This document shows, one piece after another, positions 1 to 9,332 of a DNA stretch of 43,522 bases. The position numbers were made by a program, and so were the translations under genes. This DNA is from an uncultured Gammaproteobacteria bacterium (GTDB lineage: Bacteria > Pseudomonadota > Gammaproteobacteria > JAKDMP01), in the NCBI GenBank assembly GCA_964554305.1, contig CAZKOE010000001.1, positions 3,572 to 47,093 of the forward strand. The letters run 5' to 3'. Below the pieces are notes generated by a model. It saw only the letters and a program-made list of their open reading frames with translations. It had not been told where the DNA came from and ran no database searches. How positions within the stretch are numbered: the first letter of the stretch is position 1; each line of letters begins with the position of its first letter.

Positions 1-1134
1 GAGCGCGATGTCGGCGTTGGCGAATTCCTCGTTGATTTCGTCCAGATCGTGAATCAGGTCGTAGGGCACGCCCGCCTCGGCGAGGAGCACGTTCATGTGG
101 CCGGGCATCCGTCCGGCAACGGGATGGATCGCAAACGAAACCTTGACGCCCTTGTCGAGCAGGAGCTTCACGAATTCCCACAGTTTGTGCTGGGCCTGGG
201 CGACGGCCATGCCGTAGCCGGGCGCGATGATGACGTGGCTCGCGTAGGCCATCATGGCCGCCGCATCGTTCGCCTCGATCGGCTTCATTTCACCCTCGAT
301 GTTCCCGCCGACGACCGTGGTTTCACCGAAGCCCGCGAAGAGCACGTTGGCGATCGAGCGGTTCATGCCTTTCGCCATCAGGAAGGTCAGGAGCGAGCCG
401 GCGGCGCCGACGATCATGCCGGCGACAATCATGGCGGGATTGCCGACGACGTAGCCCTCGAAGCCGACGGCGAGCCCCGTCATCGCGTTGTAGAGCGAGA
501 TCATGACCGGCATGTCGGCGCCGCCTACCGGCACCGTCGCGAGCACGCCGAGTGCAAGCGCGATCAGGAAGAACACAATCAGCACGCCGGGGCCGCCGAA
601 GACGATCGCGAGCGCGGCAAAGAGGGCCAGCGCAATCAGTGCGCCGGCGTTCGCGATGTTTTGCGCCGGGAAGCGCCAGGCACGCATCCAGCCCTGGAGT
701 TTCGCGAAGGCAATGAGGCTGCCGGAAAACGATATGGCGCCGATCAGCGCCCCGACCACGCCGACCACGATTTCGCTCGTATCGTGTACGCCGCCGACGG
801 TAAGCTCGTGCGCCGCGATGGCCGCCGCTGCGCCGCCGCCCATGCCGTTGTAGAGCGCAACCATCTGCGGCATGGCGGTGATCGGGACGCGCTTGCCGAC
901 GACCCAGGAAGCCGTGCCCCCGAGCCCGAGCGCGATGAGGATCAGGATGATGTTGGTCACGCCGCCGACGCCGGGCAGGAAGAAGGTCGCGATGACAGCA
1001 ATCACCATGCCGGCGCCGGCGATGTAGAAACCGCGCCGCGCCGTCTTCGGCGAGCTCATGCCCTTCAGGCCGGCGATGAACAGGATCGCCGCGACGAAAT
1101 AGACGAGTTGAATGATCCAGACTGTACCGCTCAT
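1..1134 (-). CDS. pntB: NAD(P) transhydrogenase subunit beta; C-terminal end lies beyond the window edge
   Basis: Minus-strand frame is open from ATG 1134..1132 to base 1 (378 codons, no stop in window, hence absent from the ORF track). My translation starts MSGTVWIIQLVYFVAAILFIAGLKGMSSPKTARRGFYIAGAGMVIAVIATFF, the conserved PntB N-terminus. It lies 12 nt downstream of the pntAB stop. Confidence 0.9.
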   Translation of the reverse strand, partial: MSGTVWIIQLVYFVAAILFIAGLKGMSSPKTARRGFYIAGAGMVIAVIATFFLPGVGGVTNIILILIALGLGGTASWVVGKRVPITAMPQMVALYNGMGGGAAAAIAAHELTVGGVHDTSEIVVGVVGALIGAISFSGSLIAFAKLQGWMRAWRFPAQNIANAGALIALALFAALAIVFGGPGVLIVFFLIALALGVLATVPVGGADMPVMISLYNAMTGLAVGFEGYVVGNPAMIVAGMIVGAAGSLLTFLMAKGMNRSIANVLFAGFGETTVVGGNIEGEMKPIEANDAAAMMAYASHVIIAPGYGMAVAQAQHKLWEFVKLLLDKGVKVSFAIHPVAGRMPGHMNVLLAEAGVPYDLIHDLDEINEEFANADIAL

Positions 1135-1146
1135 GGGTGCATCCCG

Positions 1147-1434
1147 CTAATCCTTGCTCGATTTGAACATGGCGAGCATGCGCTCGGTCGTCACCCAGCC
1201 GCCGACGACGTTGGCCGTCGCGAGCAGCACGGCGATGAAGCCGATCGCGCGCCCGAGCGGGCCGTGTGCCATGCCGAGGGCGATGATCGCGCCGACCAGC
1301 ACCACGCCGTGGATGAAGTTCGAACCCGACATCAGCGGCGTGTGCAAAATGCTCGGTACGCGGCGGATCACTTCGTAGCCCGCGAAGGCCGCAAGCATGA
1401 AAATGTAAAGCGCAGCCAGACCGTAAGTCATCAT
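1147..1434 (-). CDS. pntAB: NAD(P) transhydrogenase subunit alpha part 2 (small membrane piece)
   Basis: 95-aa hydrophobic ORF MMTYGLAALYIFMLAAFAGYEVIRRVPSILHTPLMSGSNFIHG..., typical of the small PntAB subunit of split-alpha transhydrogenases. It is sandwiched between pntAA and pntB. Confidence 0.9.
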   Translation of the reverse strand: MMTYGLAALYIFMLAAFAGYEVIRRVPSILHTPLMSGSNFIHGVVLVGAIIALGMAHGPLGRAIGFIAVLLATANVVGGWVTTERMLAMFKSSKD

Positions 1435-1492
1435 TGTTCGTCTCCTTCAATCTTCATTATGGGAGCAAGCAAGCTCGCTCCCATAATGCACT

Positions 1493-2611
1493 TTATCCGT
1501 CCTTGCTCTCAACGATTGGTAGCTTGCCGGCGACGAGGGTGGCGGTGTAGACCTCGTCGTCTGCCGGAATCGCGATGACGCCCGATTCCGTGAACCAGGG
1601 CGCGACGAAGTTGTAGCAGTTTTTGGCGTACATTTCGCTCGCGTGTGCGGCGAGTCCGGCGGCGGCATTGGTCGGACCGAGAACCGCGACGCCCTTGTGT
1701 TGTACCGTCCTGTCCGGTTTGGTGAGTTCGCAGTTGCCTCCACTTGCGGCGGCAAGGTCCACGATGACCGAACCGGCCGCCATGCCCTCGACCATCGTCT
1801 TGTCGAGGATCTTCGGAGCCGGCCGTCCCGGCACCGCCGCCGTCGTGACGATGACATTCGCCCGCGCGACGTGTTCGGCGAGTTTCTGCGCCTGTTGCGC
1901 CTTTTCCTCCTCGTTCAGCTCACGCGCATAACCGCCCGCGCCTTCGGCACCGACGCCGGTATCGACGAAGCGCGCGCCGAGCGATTCGACTTCGGTCCGG
2001 GCCGCCGTGCGCACGTCGTAACCCTCGACGATCGCCCCGAGCCGTCGCGCCGTCGCAATCGCCTGCAGCCCCGCGACGCCGACGCCGATGACAAGCACCC
2101 GTGCCGGGCGCATCGTGCCGGCGGCAGTCGTGAGCATCGGAAAGAACCGTGGCAGTTCGAGTGCGGTGAGCAGAACGGCACGGTAGCCGGCGGCGGCGGC
2201 CTGTGAGGAAAGCGCGTCCATGGATTGCGCGCGGCTGATGCGCGGGAGCTTCTCCAGCGCAAAGGCCAGGGCGCCGGCTTCGGCGTAGGCGTTGCCGGGA
2301 AAGCCGTCTTCATGCGGGGCGAGCAGGCCGACGACGGCGGCGCCATGCTTGAGCTGGCCGATGGCATCGGCCGGGAGCCCGCTCACCGTAAGCACCACGT
2401 CGGCCTCACCGAACGCGGGTTCGGGTACGATCTCCGCGCCTTCGAAGGCGGCATCGGGGAAACCGGCGCCCTTGCCGGCGTTCTTCTCCACCAGGATCCG
2501 TGCGCCCAGCTCCACGTAGCGGGCCACGAGCGCCGGTGCCAGCGCCACCCGTCGTTCGCCGCTTGTTCGCTCACGAGGTACAAAAACCGTCGTCGCCATG
2601 CTTTCAGTCAT
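1493..2611 (-). CDS. pntAA: NAD(P) transhydrogenase subunit alpha part 1 (alanine-dehydrogenase-like domain)
   Basis: 372-aa ORF with VFVPRERTSGERRVALAP and the Rossmann stretch VLVIGVGVAGLQAIATARRLGA. An alternative ATG lies at 2599. Confidence 0.9.
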   Translation of the reverse strand: MTESMATTVFVPRERTSGERRVALAPALVARYVELGARILVEKNAGKGAGFPDAAFEGAEIVPEPAFGEADVVLTVSGLPADAIGQLKHGAAVVGLLAPHEDGFPGNAYAEAGALAFALEKLPRISRAQSMDALSSQAAAAGYRAVLLTALELPRFFPMLTTAAGTMRPARVLVIGVGVAGLQAIATARRLGAIVEGYDVRTAARTEVESLGARFVDTGVGAEGAGGYARELNEEEKAQQAQKLAEHVARANVIVTTAAVPGRPAPKILDKTMVEGMAAGSVIVDLAAASGGNCELTKPDRTVQHKGVAVLGPTNAAAGLAAHASEMYAKNCYNFVAPWFTESGVIAIPADDEVYTATLVAGKLPIVESKDG

Positions 2612-2677
2612 TCAAAGCCAGTTGAATCCTATCATCTTCCGAAGCCTGCCGATCGGTGTCTCTCGAACTGTTTGGGA

Positions 2678-3055
2678 CTATCCTCCGAGTTTCTTTCGCC
2701 GCAGGTTGACGAGGACGGCACCAGCGAACATGGCGCGGACGCCGACGCAGGCGATAGGCAGCAGTACTTCGCCGAACACCGACAGCCGGTCGCGCCCCCG
2801 GGGAAGTCTGCCGCCGCGGGCGATGCCGAGCAGACCGAGGTCGGCGGCGACGAAGCGCAGGCCCGCGAGCACGGCCGGCGGAATGTCGGCGACGCCGATG
2901 CGGATGAACAGATAGGTCGAGCCCCAGACCGGGTACACGATCGCGAAGGCGCCGACCAGTTTCCAGCGGGGAGGCGGCGGGGTATCGGAGAGAGGCGCTC
3001 GCTGTTTGCTCGTGGATTGGGGGAACCGCGCCACGTCCGACTCCTTGTCGCTCAC
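2678..3055 (-). pseudogene. EamA/DMT transporter, N-terminal third only (probable gene remnant)
   Basis: 125-aa ORF. WGSTYLFIRIGVADIPPAVLAGLRFVAADLGLLGIARGGRLP resembles the first helices of EamA transporters (compare the intact 326-aa gene at 40925..41905). The ORF ends after about one third of normal length, directly against the pntAA upstream region. Confidence 0.45.
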
Positions 3056-3173
3056 GTCGAAATCGGCGCCTCCATTGTCGTCGATTGTGGGGGCGCCGGA
3101 GGAGCTTGTGTCGACGCGGGGTCCGCGTCGACAGTTTCGCCGGTCGCAACTTTTCCCCGCCGTTCGAGAACGA

Positions 3174-3575
3174 TCATGCCGGCTCCCCGCCGTCAGACCA
3201 AGTCATTGCCCGCGTGAGCGGTCCCGGCTGCTGTTTGCGGATCACGCAGAAGGCGTTGCCGGACGGGTCTTCCATCACCCACCAGGTCTTGATCTTGTGT
3301 CCGTACTTGCGCCGGGCGCCGATCGCTTCCATCCGTACGGCTTCCTGCGTGACCGAATCGGTCTCGAAATCCAGGTGCACGCCCGGATCGCACTCGACTC
3401 GCTGCAGCATGATGGTGAGGTCGCCCGGGCGTGATTGGAGCGTAACGTAACGTTGGCCTTTCCGCGGCCGGGGCGGTTGGGGCGCGCCCAGGGCGGCGGC
3501 CCAGAAGGCGAGGCAATCCTCGAAGTGCTCGCCGAGACAGTCAATGACGATGGCGGAAAGTTTGCTGCGATGCAT
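3174..3575 (-). CDS. VOC / glyoxalase-like domain protein
   Basis: 133-aa ORF. MHRSKLSAIVIDCLGEHFEDCLAFWAAALG...VHLDFETD...WWVMEDPSGNAFCV matches the glyoxalase-like (VOC) small-protein pattern. AAGGAG lies 8 nt upstream of the ATG. Confidence 0.7.
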   Translation of the reverse strand: MHRSKLSAIVIDCLGEHFEDCLAFWAAALGAPQPPRPRKGQRYVTLQSRPGDLTIMLQRVECDPGVHLDFETDSVTQEAVRMEAIGARRKYGHKIKTWWVMEDPSGNAFCVIRKQQPGPLTRAMTWSDGGEPA

Positions 3576-3904
3576 GGCGATTCTCCTTTGACGAAGCGGA
3601 CATCAGGGTGAAAACTGGTACGCCGCCTTTACGAAGACTCGATCTGGTCACCCGCGAACGGCGCGGCGCCCGTCGTGTCCTTGTGGCAGCTGATATGGAA
3701 ACCCGTAAACGGCGTCGGTGCGGGGTCGGATCAGTTCGGGGTCGATGTGGCTCATCCATCTGCCCGCCACCGGCTACAGGTTGTAGCCCGGCACGTTGTC
3801 GAAATAACAGGTTGTCGCTGGCCGGATCGTCGAGCTTGCCCGTCATCTCGAGCGGTCGTGTAATTTGTACGGCAACGAATTCGGGTGTGGCTGCCCGCGT
3901 CGCT

Positions 3905-3962
3905 GCACTACTGTCCGGGGAAAGTTGAAACTTGTCATTCCTTGCAGGCGCACTACTGTCCG
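3905..3962. repeat. 13-bp direct repeat GCACTACTGTCCG x2 (3905..3917 and 3950..3962)
   Basis: Two exact copies spaced 45 bp, in the non-coding, lower-GC region upstream of the CGNR gene. Confidence 0.6.
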
Positions 3963-4131
3963 AAGAAAATCAACCTTGTGTTTAGAAACGCAATACAGGG
4001 CCCACTCTCAACGTAGATCGGCAAATTAAACTCGAACGGGTACGGCAATGCGATCCCCTGCACGAGTACCGGACACGCCACGATCGGGCAGTGGGATAAG
4101 GGCCGTGAGGGTTGAAACCGGACCAACAGGC

Positions 4132-4159
4132 TAACCATTATAAGCAATTACAATGGTTA
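4132..4159. promoter_or_regulatory. Inverted repeat TAACCATT-N12-AATGGTTA; candidate operator upstream of the CGNR gene
   Basis: Perfect 8-bp arms in an AT-rich spacer. A third half-site AATGGTTAT recurs at 4198..4206, overlapping the first ATG of the downstream ORF. Confidence 0.4.
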
Positions 4160-4198
4160 TATTAAGCAAGTCTGGAATAACCTGTCAACAAGAATAAA

Positions 4199-4843
4199 AT
4201 GGTTATCGTCATGGATGCCACCATCAACCGGCGCTGGCTGGAAGAGACCGAACTGGTTGGCGGGGAGCCCTGCGTGGATTTCACCAATTCGGTTGCCGAT
4301 TGCATCGGACCGGCGCCCGTCGAGCATCTTCGAAGCTACCCAGACCTCCTGTTCTGGCTCGAACGCTGCGGCCTGCTCGCCCCCGGAGAGGGTGCACGCT
4401 GGCTCGCCGCGGCCCGCCGGCGACCGGATGCTGCGGCGGCGGCGTTGAGACAGGCTCTGCGTTTCCGTGACGCCACGTGGCGGCTCCTCGCCGCCGTGAT
4501 CCGCGGGCAGGAGCCGGCTGAGGCCGATCTCGCGGAGGTCAACAAATTAATCGCGAAAGCCTATGCGCACATGGAACTGGTGCCGAACCGCGATGGCTTC
4601 GATCTTTCACGACGCGGCGCGGAAGCCGACCTGGAAAGCCCACTGTGGCCTGCGGCGCACGCCCTGGCCGAATTCATGACTTCCGGTGAACTCGCGGTGC
4701 TGCGCCTGTGCGCAAGCGATACCTGCGGCTGGTTGTTCGTGGACCGCAGCCGCAACCATCGGCGGCGCTGGTGCAGCATGCGAGACTGCGGCAACCTCGC
4801 CAAGCAGCGCCGCCACCGCGCCCGCCAGACGAGGGCAAATTGA
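4199..4843 (+). CDS. CGNR zinc-finger domain protein (ABATE-like N-domain + zf-CGNR)
   Basis: The C-terminus CGWLFVDRSRNHRRRWCSMRDCGNLAKQRRHR is the CGNR motif. The N-terminal part contains the ...CVDFTNS... ABATE-like pattern. An alternative ATG lies at 4211. Confidence 0.85.
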   Translation: MVIVMDATINRRWLEETELVGGEPCVDFTNSVADCIGPAPVEHLRSYPDLLFWLERCGLLAPGEGARWLAAARRRPDAAAAALRQALRFRDATWRLLAAVIRGQEPAEADLAEVNKLIAKAYAHMELVPNRDGFDLSRRGAEADLESPLWPAAHALAEFMTSGELAVLRLCASDTCGWLFVDRSRNHRRRWCSMRDCGNLAKQRRHRARQTRAN

Positions 4844-5058
4844 GCAACGCCGCCGCCCGGAGGGCGAGCCCGTTTCGTGGCAAAGGGTGGCCCGCCAGGG
4901 ACGGAGTCCGCTCGCTTCGTTCCGGTGTGATCCGGGTTCACGGCGCGTTGCGGGCTTCGCGGAACTTCACGAAGCGGGCGACGGTGTCGTCCGAGACGTT
5001 GACCGTTTACGTACCCGACCGGCGCGTCTTTGAAGATCTGAAAATTACACGCTATCGG

Positions 5059-5964
5059 TCAGCCGGCACCGTCACTCGCTTTCGCCTGTTTCATCAACCG
5101 GTCCATGACGGTTGCGGCCACCGGTCTGACGGGGGCACGCCCCGATCGCACGATCCAATAGGAGTGGCCGAGCTCGAGGCTCAGTGCCTTCAGCGGGCGA
5201 ACCAACAGGCCGGCTTTGACATCGTCGGCCGCGAGCCGGTGACGCGCGAGTGCAACGCCCTGGCCTTGCGCGGCCGCGCGCAGAAGCAGGTCGGACGAAG
5301 CCAGGCGGGGGCCCCTGCGCACGTTGAGTGACGCGGGGCCGTATGCCCGTTTCCAGGCATCCCATGACGTCTGCGGATCGCGATCGTGCAGCAGGCGCAG
5401 CCGGCTGAGCTTTTGTGAATTGTCGGGACGGCCGGTTTTTTTCCAGAGCGTTGGGCTCATGACCGGGTACACCACATCGTCCATCAGGGGCCGGCAATCG
5501 AGATCCGGCCAGGGGCCCTGTCCCATGCGGATGGCGAAATCGATGTTTCCGGCGTCCAGATTGCTCGGGCCTTGCTCGACCACGAGGGAGACTTCCACCC
5601 CGGGGTGTTCCCCTTCGAGAGCCGGCAATCGCGGGAGGAGCCAGCGCGAGGCAAAAGAGGGTGTGGTGGCGATCGTTATCGAACGGGCAGAGCGCGCTTC
5701 GCGCAGTGAGGCGATCACGTTCTCGAGGTCGTTCAGTCGAGAGACGACGGCCTTGCCAAGCGTGTTGCCCTGCGGAGTAAAAAGCAGTCCGTTGCGCCCG
5801 CCCGCCTGACGAACGAGTGGTACGCCCAGCCAGGCTTCGAGTTCTTTCAAATGGCGACTGACCGCCGAATGCACCACTGCCAGCTCACGCGCCGCAGACC
5901 GAATGCCGCCGGTTGAATAAATCACGGCGAACGCACGCAACGCGTTTAGCGGCAGTTCCTGCAT
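5059..5964 (-). CDS. LysR-family transcriptional regulator (GcvA-like)
   Basis: wHTH MQELPLNALRAFAVIYSTGGIRSAARELAVVHSAVSRHLKELEAWLGVPLVRQ. The ORF-track start at 6081 would add 39 non-homologous residues, so ATG 5964 was chosen. It is divergent from the GST operon. Confidence 0.9.
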   Translation of the reverse strand: MQELPLNALRAFAVIYSTGGIRSAARELAVVHSAVSRHLKELEAWLGVPLVRQAGGRNGLLFTPQGNTLGKAVVSRLNDLENVIASLREARSARSITIATTPSFASRWLLPRLPALEGEHPGVEVSLVVEQGPSNLDAGNIDFAIRMGQGPWPDLDCRPLMDDVVYPVMSPTLWKKTGRPDNSQKLSRLRLLHDRDPQTSWDAWKRAYGPASLNVRRGPRLASSDLLLRAAAQGQGVALARHRLAADDVKAGLLVRPLKALSLELGHSYWIVRSGRAPVRPVAATVMDRLMKQAKASDGAG

Positions 5965-5981
5965 GGTCTCTATTATAGACC
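5965..5981. promoter_or_regulatory. Palindrome GGTCT-N7-AGACC abutting the LysR start; candidate LysR box
   Basis: GGTCTCTATTATAGACC sits in the 93-bp divergent intergenic region between the LysR gene (5964) and the GST gene (6058). Confidence 0.35.
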
Positions 5982-6057
5982 GATAAGCCCATTCCATCAG
6001 GCCGGGGGTTCGTGTGAGAATGGCTCCGTCGAAGCAATGGAAAGACGGGGAAAATCC

Positions 6058-7101
6058 ATGGGTATGGTGGTCGAAGGGCACTGGGTCGATCTCGATTCAA
6101 CGATCAGAAACGGACAGTACATTAGAACGGGAAGCGCGTTCTGCGAGAAACTCGGGGCCGATATGATCGAAGGCTTGCGCAGCCAGCCCGGGCGTTTTTG
6201 TCTGATTGCGTCGCAAAGCTGCCCCTGGTCGCATCGCACCCTCATCGTGCGCGCGTTGAAGGGGCTGGAAAACCGCGTTCCGCTGCAGATTGCCGGCGGC
6301 CCTCGTGTCGAAGGTTATGCCATGAACGGCGGTACACCTTGGCCGGTGCCGGGTGCCGGCGTACGGATTCGGCACCTCCACGAGTTGTACACGCTGGCCG
6401 ATTCGCGCTATAGCGGGCACGCGACGGTACCGTTGCTCTGGGACAGCTACAAACACCGGATCGCGAGCAATGAATCGTCCGCCATCATCGATGCTTTCGA
6501 CAGAGCGGATGCGGCAGAGGTCAATGCCTTCACGCTCACACCGCCAAAAATGCGGCCGGAAATCGCGGCGTTCGACGAGTATCTGTACGAGAGCCTTTTT
6601 GACGCCGTCTATCGTGCCGGGTTCGCCAGACAACAGGCGATCCACGACGAAGAAGTGGAGCGGGTGTTCGAGGCGCTCGACGCGTTGGAGCGACGCCTCG
6701 AGCGGCGACGCTACCTGTTTGGCACGACCGTTACCGAAACGGATTGGCGGCTTTTCCCGACCCTGGTTCGCTTCGATGCCGTCTATTACATCCATTTCAA
6801 GTGTACCCGCCGGCGCCTGGTGGACTTCCCCAATTTGTGGGCCTACGCGCGAGACCTTTACGGATGGCGCGGCGTGGCCGCGACCGTTGACTTCAGCGCT
6901 ATTCGCGAGGGCTACTACGCGAACGACCTCGACATCAACCCTTTCGGCATCGTGGCGGCTCAACCCGTGGCGGACTGGACGGTGCCGCATGGTCGCGAGC
7001 GTCTCGGCCCGGCTCGTTTGGTGCTCGTCCGCGGCGGAGAAATCGACGTGGACCCTGCGACACTCGAGCCGCTTTCCGGAGTTTCCGCGTGGAAGCCCTG
7101 A
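6058..7101 (+). CDS. yqjG: Xi-class glutathione S-transferase / glutathionyl-hydroquinone reductase
   Basis: MGMVVEGHWVD start, CPWSHR catalytic motif, TVPLLWD, SNESSAII and YYIHFKCTRRRLVDFPNLWAYARDLY run collinear with E. coli YqjG as I remember it. Confidence 0.9.
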   Translation: MGMVVEGHWVDLDSTIRNGQYIRTGSAFCEKLGADMIEGLRSQPGRFCLIASQSCPWSHRTLIVRALKGLENRVPLQIAGGPRVEGYAMNGGTPWPVPGAGVRIRHLHELYTLADSRYSGHATVPLLWDSYKHRIASNESSAIIDAFDRADAAEVNAFTLTPPKMRPEIAAFDEYLYESLFDAVYRAGFARQQAIHDEEVERVFEALDALERRLERRRYLFGTTVTETDWRLFPTLVRFDAVYYIHFKCTRRRLVDFPNLWAYARDLYGWRGVAATVDFSAIREGYYANDLDINPFGIVAAQPVADWTVPHGRERLGPARLVLVRGGEIDVDPATLEPLSGVSAWKP

Positions 7102-7700
7102 TCGGCGTGATCGGTTTTCTGGTCGTGGCTGCCGCGACGCCCGGCCCGAACAACCTGGTTGTGATGCGAACCGCCGCGCGCTCGGGATTTCGTGCCGCGC
7201 TACCCGCGATCGGTGGTGTGGTGCTGGGCGGGCTTGCGCTGTTGGCCGTCGTGATCGCGGGCGCCGGCGCACTCTTCGCGGCCGAACCGCAATTGCGATT
7301 CGCGGTGACGATTGGCGGTTGTCTCTATCTGGCGTGGCTGGCAGTCGGCCTGATGTTCGCCCGCAACGAGCGAAACGAAGCGGCAGCGCCCGCGCCCGCT
7401 CTGTCCGGGCGGTTGGCTCAAGGGGTCGGCGGACTGTTCATATTCCAGTTTCTGAATCCCAAAGGCTGGGTGATGCTGCTCACTGCGGCGGCCACGGTAT
7501 CGGCCGCTTCGGCGCTCGAATCCTTTGCAGTGCTCGCGGTGCTGTTCGTGCCCATCTCGTTGGTTTGTCTGCTCGTCTGGGCGCTTTTCGGTTCGTTAAT
7601 CATGAGGTGGCTCGAACGGCCGGAAATAAAAAACCGGTTCGATCGCGCGATGGGCGGTCTGCTGCTCGGCGCGGCAGCACTTCTTCTCTTTGAAATGTAA
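7089..7700 (+). CDS. LysE/RhtB-family amino-acid exporter
   Basis: 203-aa, 6-TM-like ORF with GTG start. AATPGPNNLVVMRTAARSG is the LysE-family N-terminal signature. It overlaps the yqjG end by 13 nt. Confidence 0.85.
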   Translation: MEALIGVIGFLVVAAATPGPNNLVVMRTAARSGFRAALPAIGGVVLGGLALLAVVIAGAGALFAAEPQLRFAVTIGGCLYLAWLAVGLMFARNERNEAAAPAPALSGRLAQGVGGLFIFQFLNPKGWVMLLTAAATVSAASALESFAVLAVLFVPISLVCLLVWALFGSLIMRWLERPEIKNRFDRAMGGLLLGAAALLLFEM

Positions 7701-7717
7701 ACGATGGAGTTCAGGCT

Positions 7718-8356
7718 ATGGATGGATTGGAAAACGGTCAATTGCCGGCATTCGCGGGCGAGGCGATACGCATTCTCGCGTTGCCGGGGAGCCTCCGCCA
7801 GGCATCGTTCAACCGCATGCTCTGCGAGGCGGCCTCGGAGCTTGCGCCGGCGGGTGTGAAGATCGAGGTTTTCGATGGAATGGCCGAGATTCCGCTGTTC
7901 AATGAAGACGTGGAAGCGGCCGCCGGATACGGTCCCGAACCCGTGCGTATGTTGCGCCGTCGAATCGCGGCGATGGACGCACTGCTCGTCGCCACGCCCG
8001 AATATAACCAATCGGTTCCCGGCGTGCTCAAGAATGTGCTCGATTGGCTGTCCCGGCCGGGGCCCGAGGAAGTCCTTGTCGGAAAACCGGTGGCAGTCAT
8101 TGGTGCGAGCGGCGGGTCATGGGGGACGCGGCTCGCACAAAAAGAAGTCCGCCATGTCCTGCTGGCCACCGAATCTCTGGCCTTGCCGCAGCCATCATTA
8201 TTTGTGAGTAACGCCGCGAATTCGTTCGATGACGGCGGACGGCTCATCGATCGTGTGGCGCGGGAGAAACTCGCCACCTTGCTGGTGGCCTTCGCGGGCT
8301 GGATCCGACGCGTCGGCGTTCCGGCTCCGAGTGAAGCGCCGAGCAGTGTGTTGTAA
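7718..8356 (+). CDS. NADPH-dependent FMN reductase family protein
   Basis: ILALPGSLRQASFNRML ... LLVATPEYNQSVPGVLKNVLDWLSRP ... KPVAVIGASGG is the FMN_red pattern. Confidence 0.85.
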   Translation: MDGLENGQLPAFAGEAIRILALPGSLRQASFNRMLCEAASELAPAGVKIEVFDGMAEIPLFNEDVEAAAGYGPEPVRMLRRRIAAMDALLVATPEYNQSVPGVLKNVLDWLSRPGPEEVLVGKPVAVIGASGGSWGTRLAQKEVRHVLLATESLALPQPSLFVSNAANSFDDGGRLIDRVAREKLATLLVAFAGWIRRVGVPAPSEAPSSVL

Positions 8357-8497
8357 CAATGCGAGCCGCCGGGATTGTCTTTGAACGCGGTAGCACACGC
8401 ATGAATGGTTGCCAATTCATTTTTGGCAATGAACTTTTGTAAATGGCGTACGTCTACGATGCGGTGACGGAATTTCAAGGGGAATCGGAGGCAGATC

Positions 8498-8944
8498 GTG
8501 AATTTGACCCAATCGTTGAAGGTAGAGGCGTCGCGCGCAACGGCGTGGCGGGTGATCACGGATGTCGAGCGCTGGCCGGAATGGACGGCTTCCGTGACTC
8601 GCATCGAACGGCTGGACGGAGGTCCAATGCGTGTGGGCAGCCGTGCGCGTGTCGAACAACCGGGGTTGCGGCCGATGGTCTGGACGGTGACCCGTCTCGA
8701 ATCGGAAAACCGGTTCGACTGGGAAACGCACGGGGTCGGCATCGACATTGTCGCCAGTCACGGGATCGAAGCCGCGGGCGGAGGCCTGGTTTTTACCAAC
8801 AAGCTTCAAATGACGGGTTGGCTTGCGACACTACTCATGCCGTTTATTCGGGCGCGCGTGAGCCGCTTCGTCGACATGGAAACCCGAGGGTGGAAAAAGC
8901 GCTGCGAAGCACTGGCCGGCGAAGCGTCCACCCATGAAGATTGA
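8498..8944 (+). CDS. SRPBCC (polyketide cyclase/dehydrase-like) family protein
   Basis: 148-aa ORF. KVEASRATAWRVITDVERWPEWTASV is the typical SRPBCC N-terminus. GTG start with GGAGG 6 nt upstream. Confidence 0.75.
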   Translation: MNLTQSLKVEASRATAWRVITDVERWPEWTASVTRIERLDGGPMRVGSRARVEQPGLRPMVWTVTRLESENRFDWETHGVGIDIVASHGIEAAGGGLVFTNKLQMTGWLATLLMPFIRARVSRFVDMETRGWKKRCEALAGEASTHED

Positions 8945-9332
8945 GCGGCTGGACCATTTGGTTTTGACAGTCGGCGACGTGGATAAGACGATCGAATTCT
9001 ACACGCGCGTACTCGGTATGCACGTCATTACCTTCGGTGAGGGTCGCCGCGCACTCGTTTTCGGCCGGCAGAAAATCAATCTGCACTCGGCCGATGCCCC
9101 GCTCAAGCCACATGCCGCACGGCCCACTCCCGGTTCGGCGGATTTGTGCCTGATTACTTCGACGCCCATTGACGAAGTGGCGGCCGAACTGCAACGGGCC
9201 GCCGTCGCGATCGAACAAGGGCCGGTTCCGCGCACCGGCGCGCTCGGCCCCATCGCCTCGGTGTATTTCCGGGATCCGGACGGCAACCTGATCGAAGTGT
9301 CCAGCCATGAAAAGGAAGCAGGCCATGAGTAA
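8934..9332 (+). CDS. VOC family protein (glyoxalase/bleomycin-resistance fold)
   Basis: MKIERLDHLVLTVGDVDKTIEFYTRVLGM ... YFRDPDGNLIEV. It overlaps the previous gene by 11 nt. Confidence 0.85.
   Translation: MKIERLDHLVLTVGDVDKTIEFYTRVLGMHVITFGEGRRALVFGRQKINLHSADAPLKPHAARPTPGSADLCLITSTPIDEVAAELQRAAVAIEQGPVPRTGALGPIASVYFRDPDGNLIEVSSHEKEAGHE

Noticed and set aside
49-1578. A 509-aa plus-strand ORF, together with the 375-aa minus-strand ORF at 323..1450.
   Set aside because: Both are shadow ORFs across the pntB/pntAB coding region. The translations are R/H/D/G-rich low-complexity sequence with no family features, whereas the pntB frame gives a textbook membrane-protein sequence.
3541-3928. ORFs of 101 aa (minus strand) and 106 aa (plus strand) between the VOC gene and the AT-rich region. 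Some protein-like runs across three frames (MTGKLDDPASDN.., YFDNVPGYNL, WMSHIDPELIRPRTDAVYGFPYQLPQGHDG) hinted at a frameshifted gene.
   Set aside because: I could not recognise any family or reconstruct a consistent reading frame. It is left unannotated and may be a decayed gene.
6097-7693. Long ORFs of 391 aa (minus strand, 6097..7272) and 446 aa (plus strand, 6353..7693).
   Set aside because: They are alternative frames or antisense of the yqjG and LysE genes. They are arginine/serine-rich, which is typical of spurious open frames in high-GC DNA.
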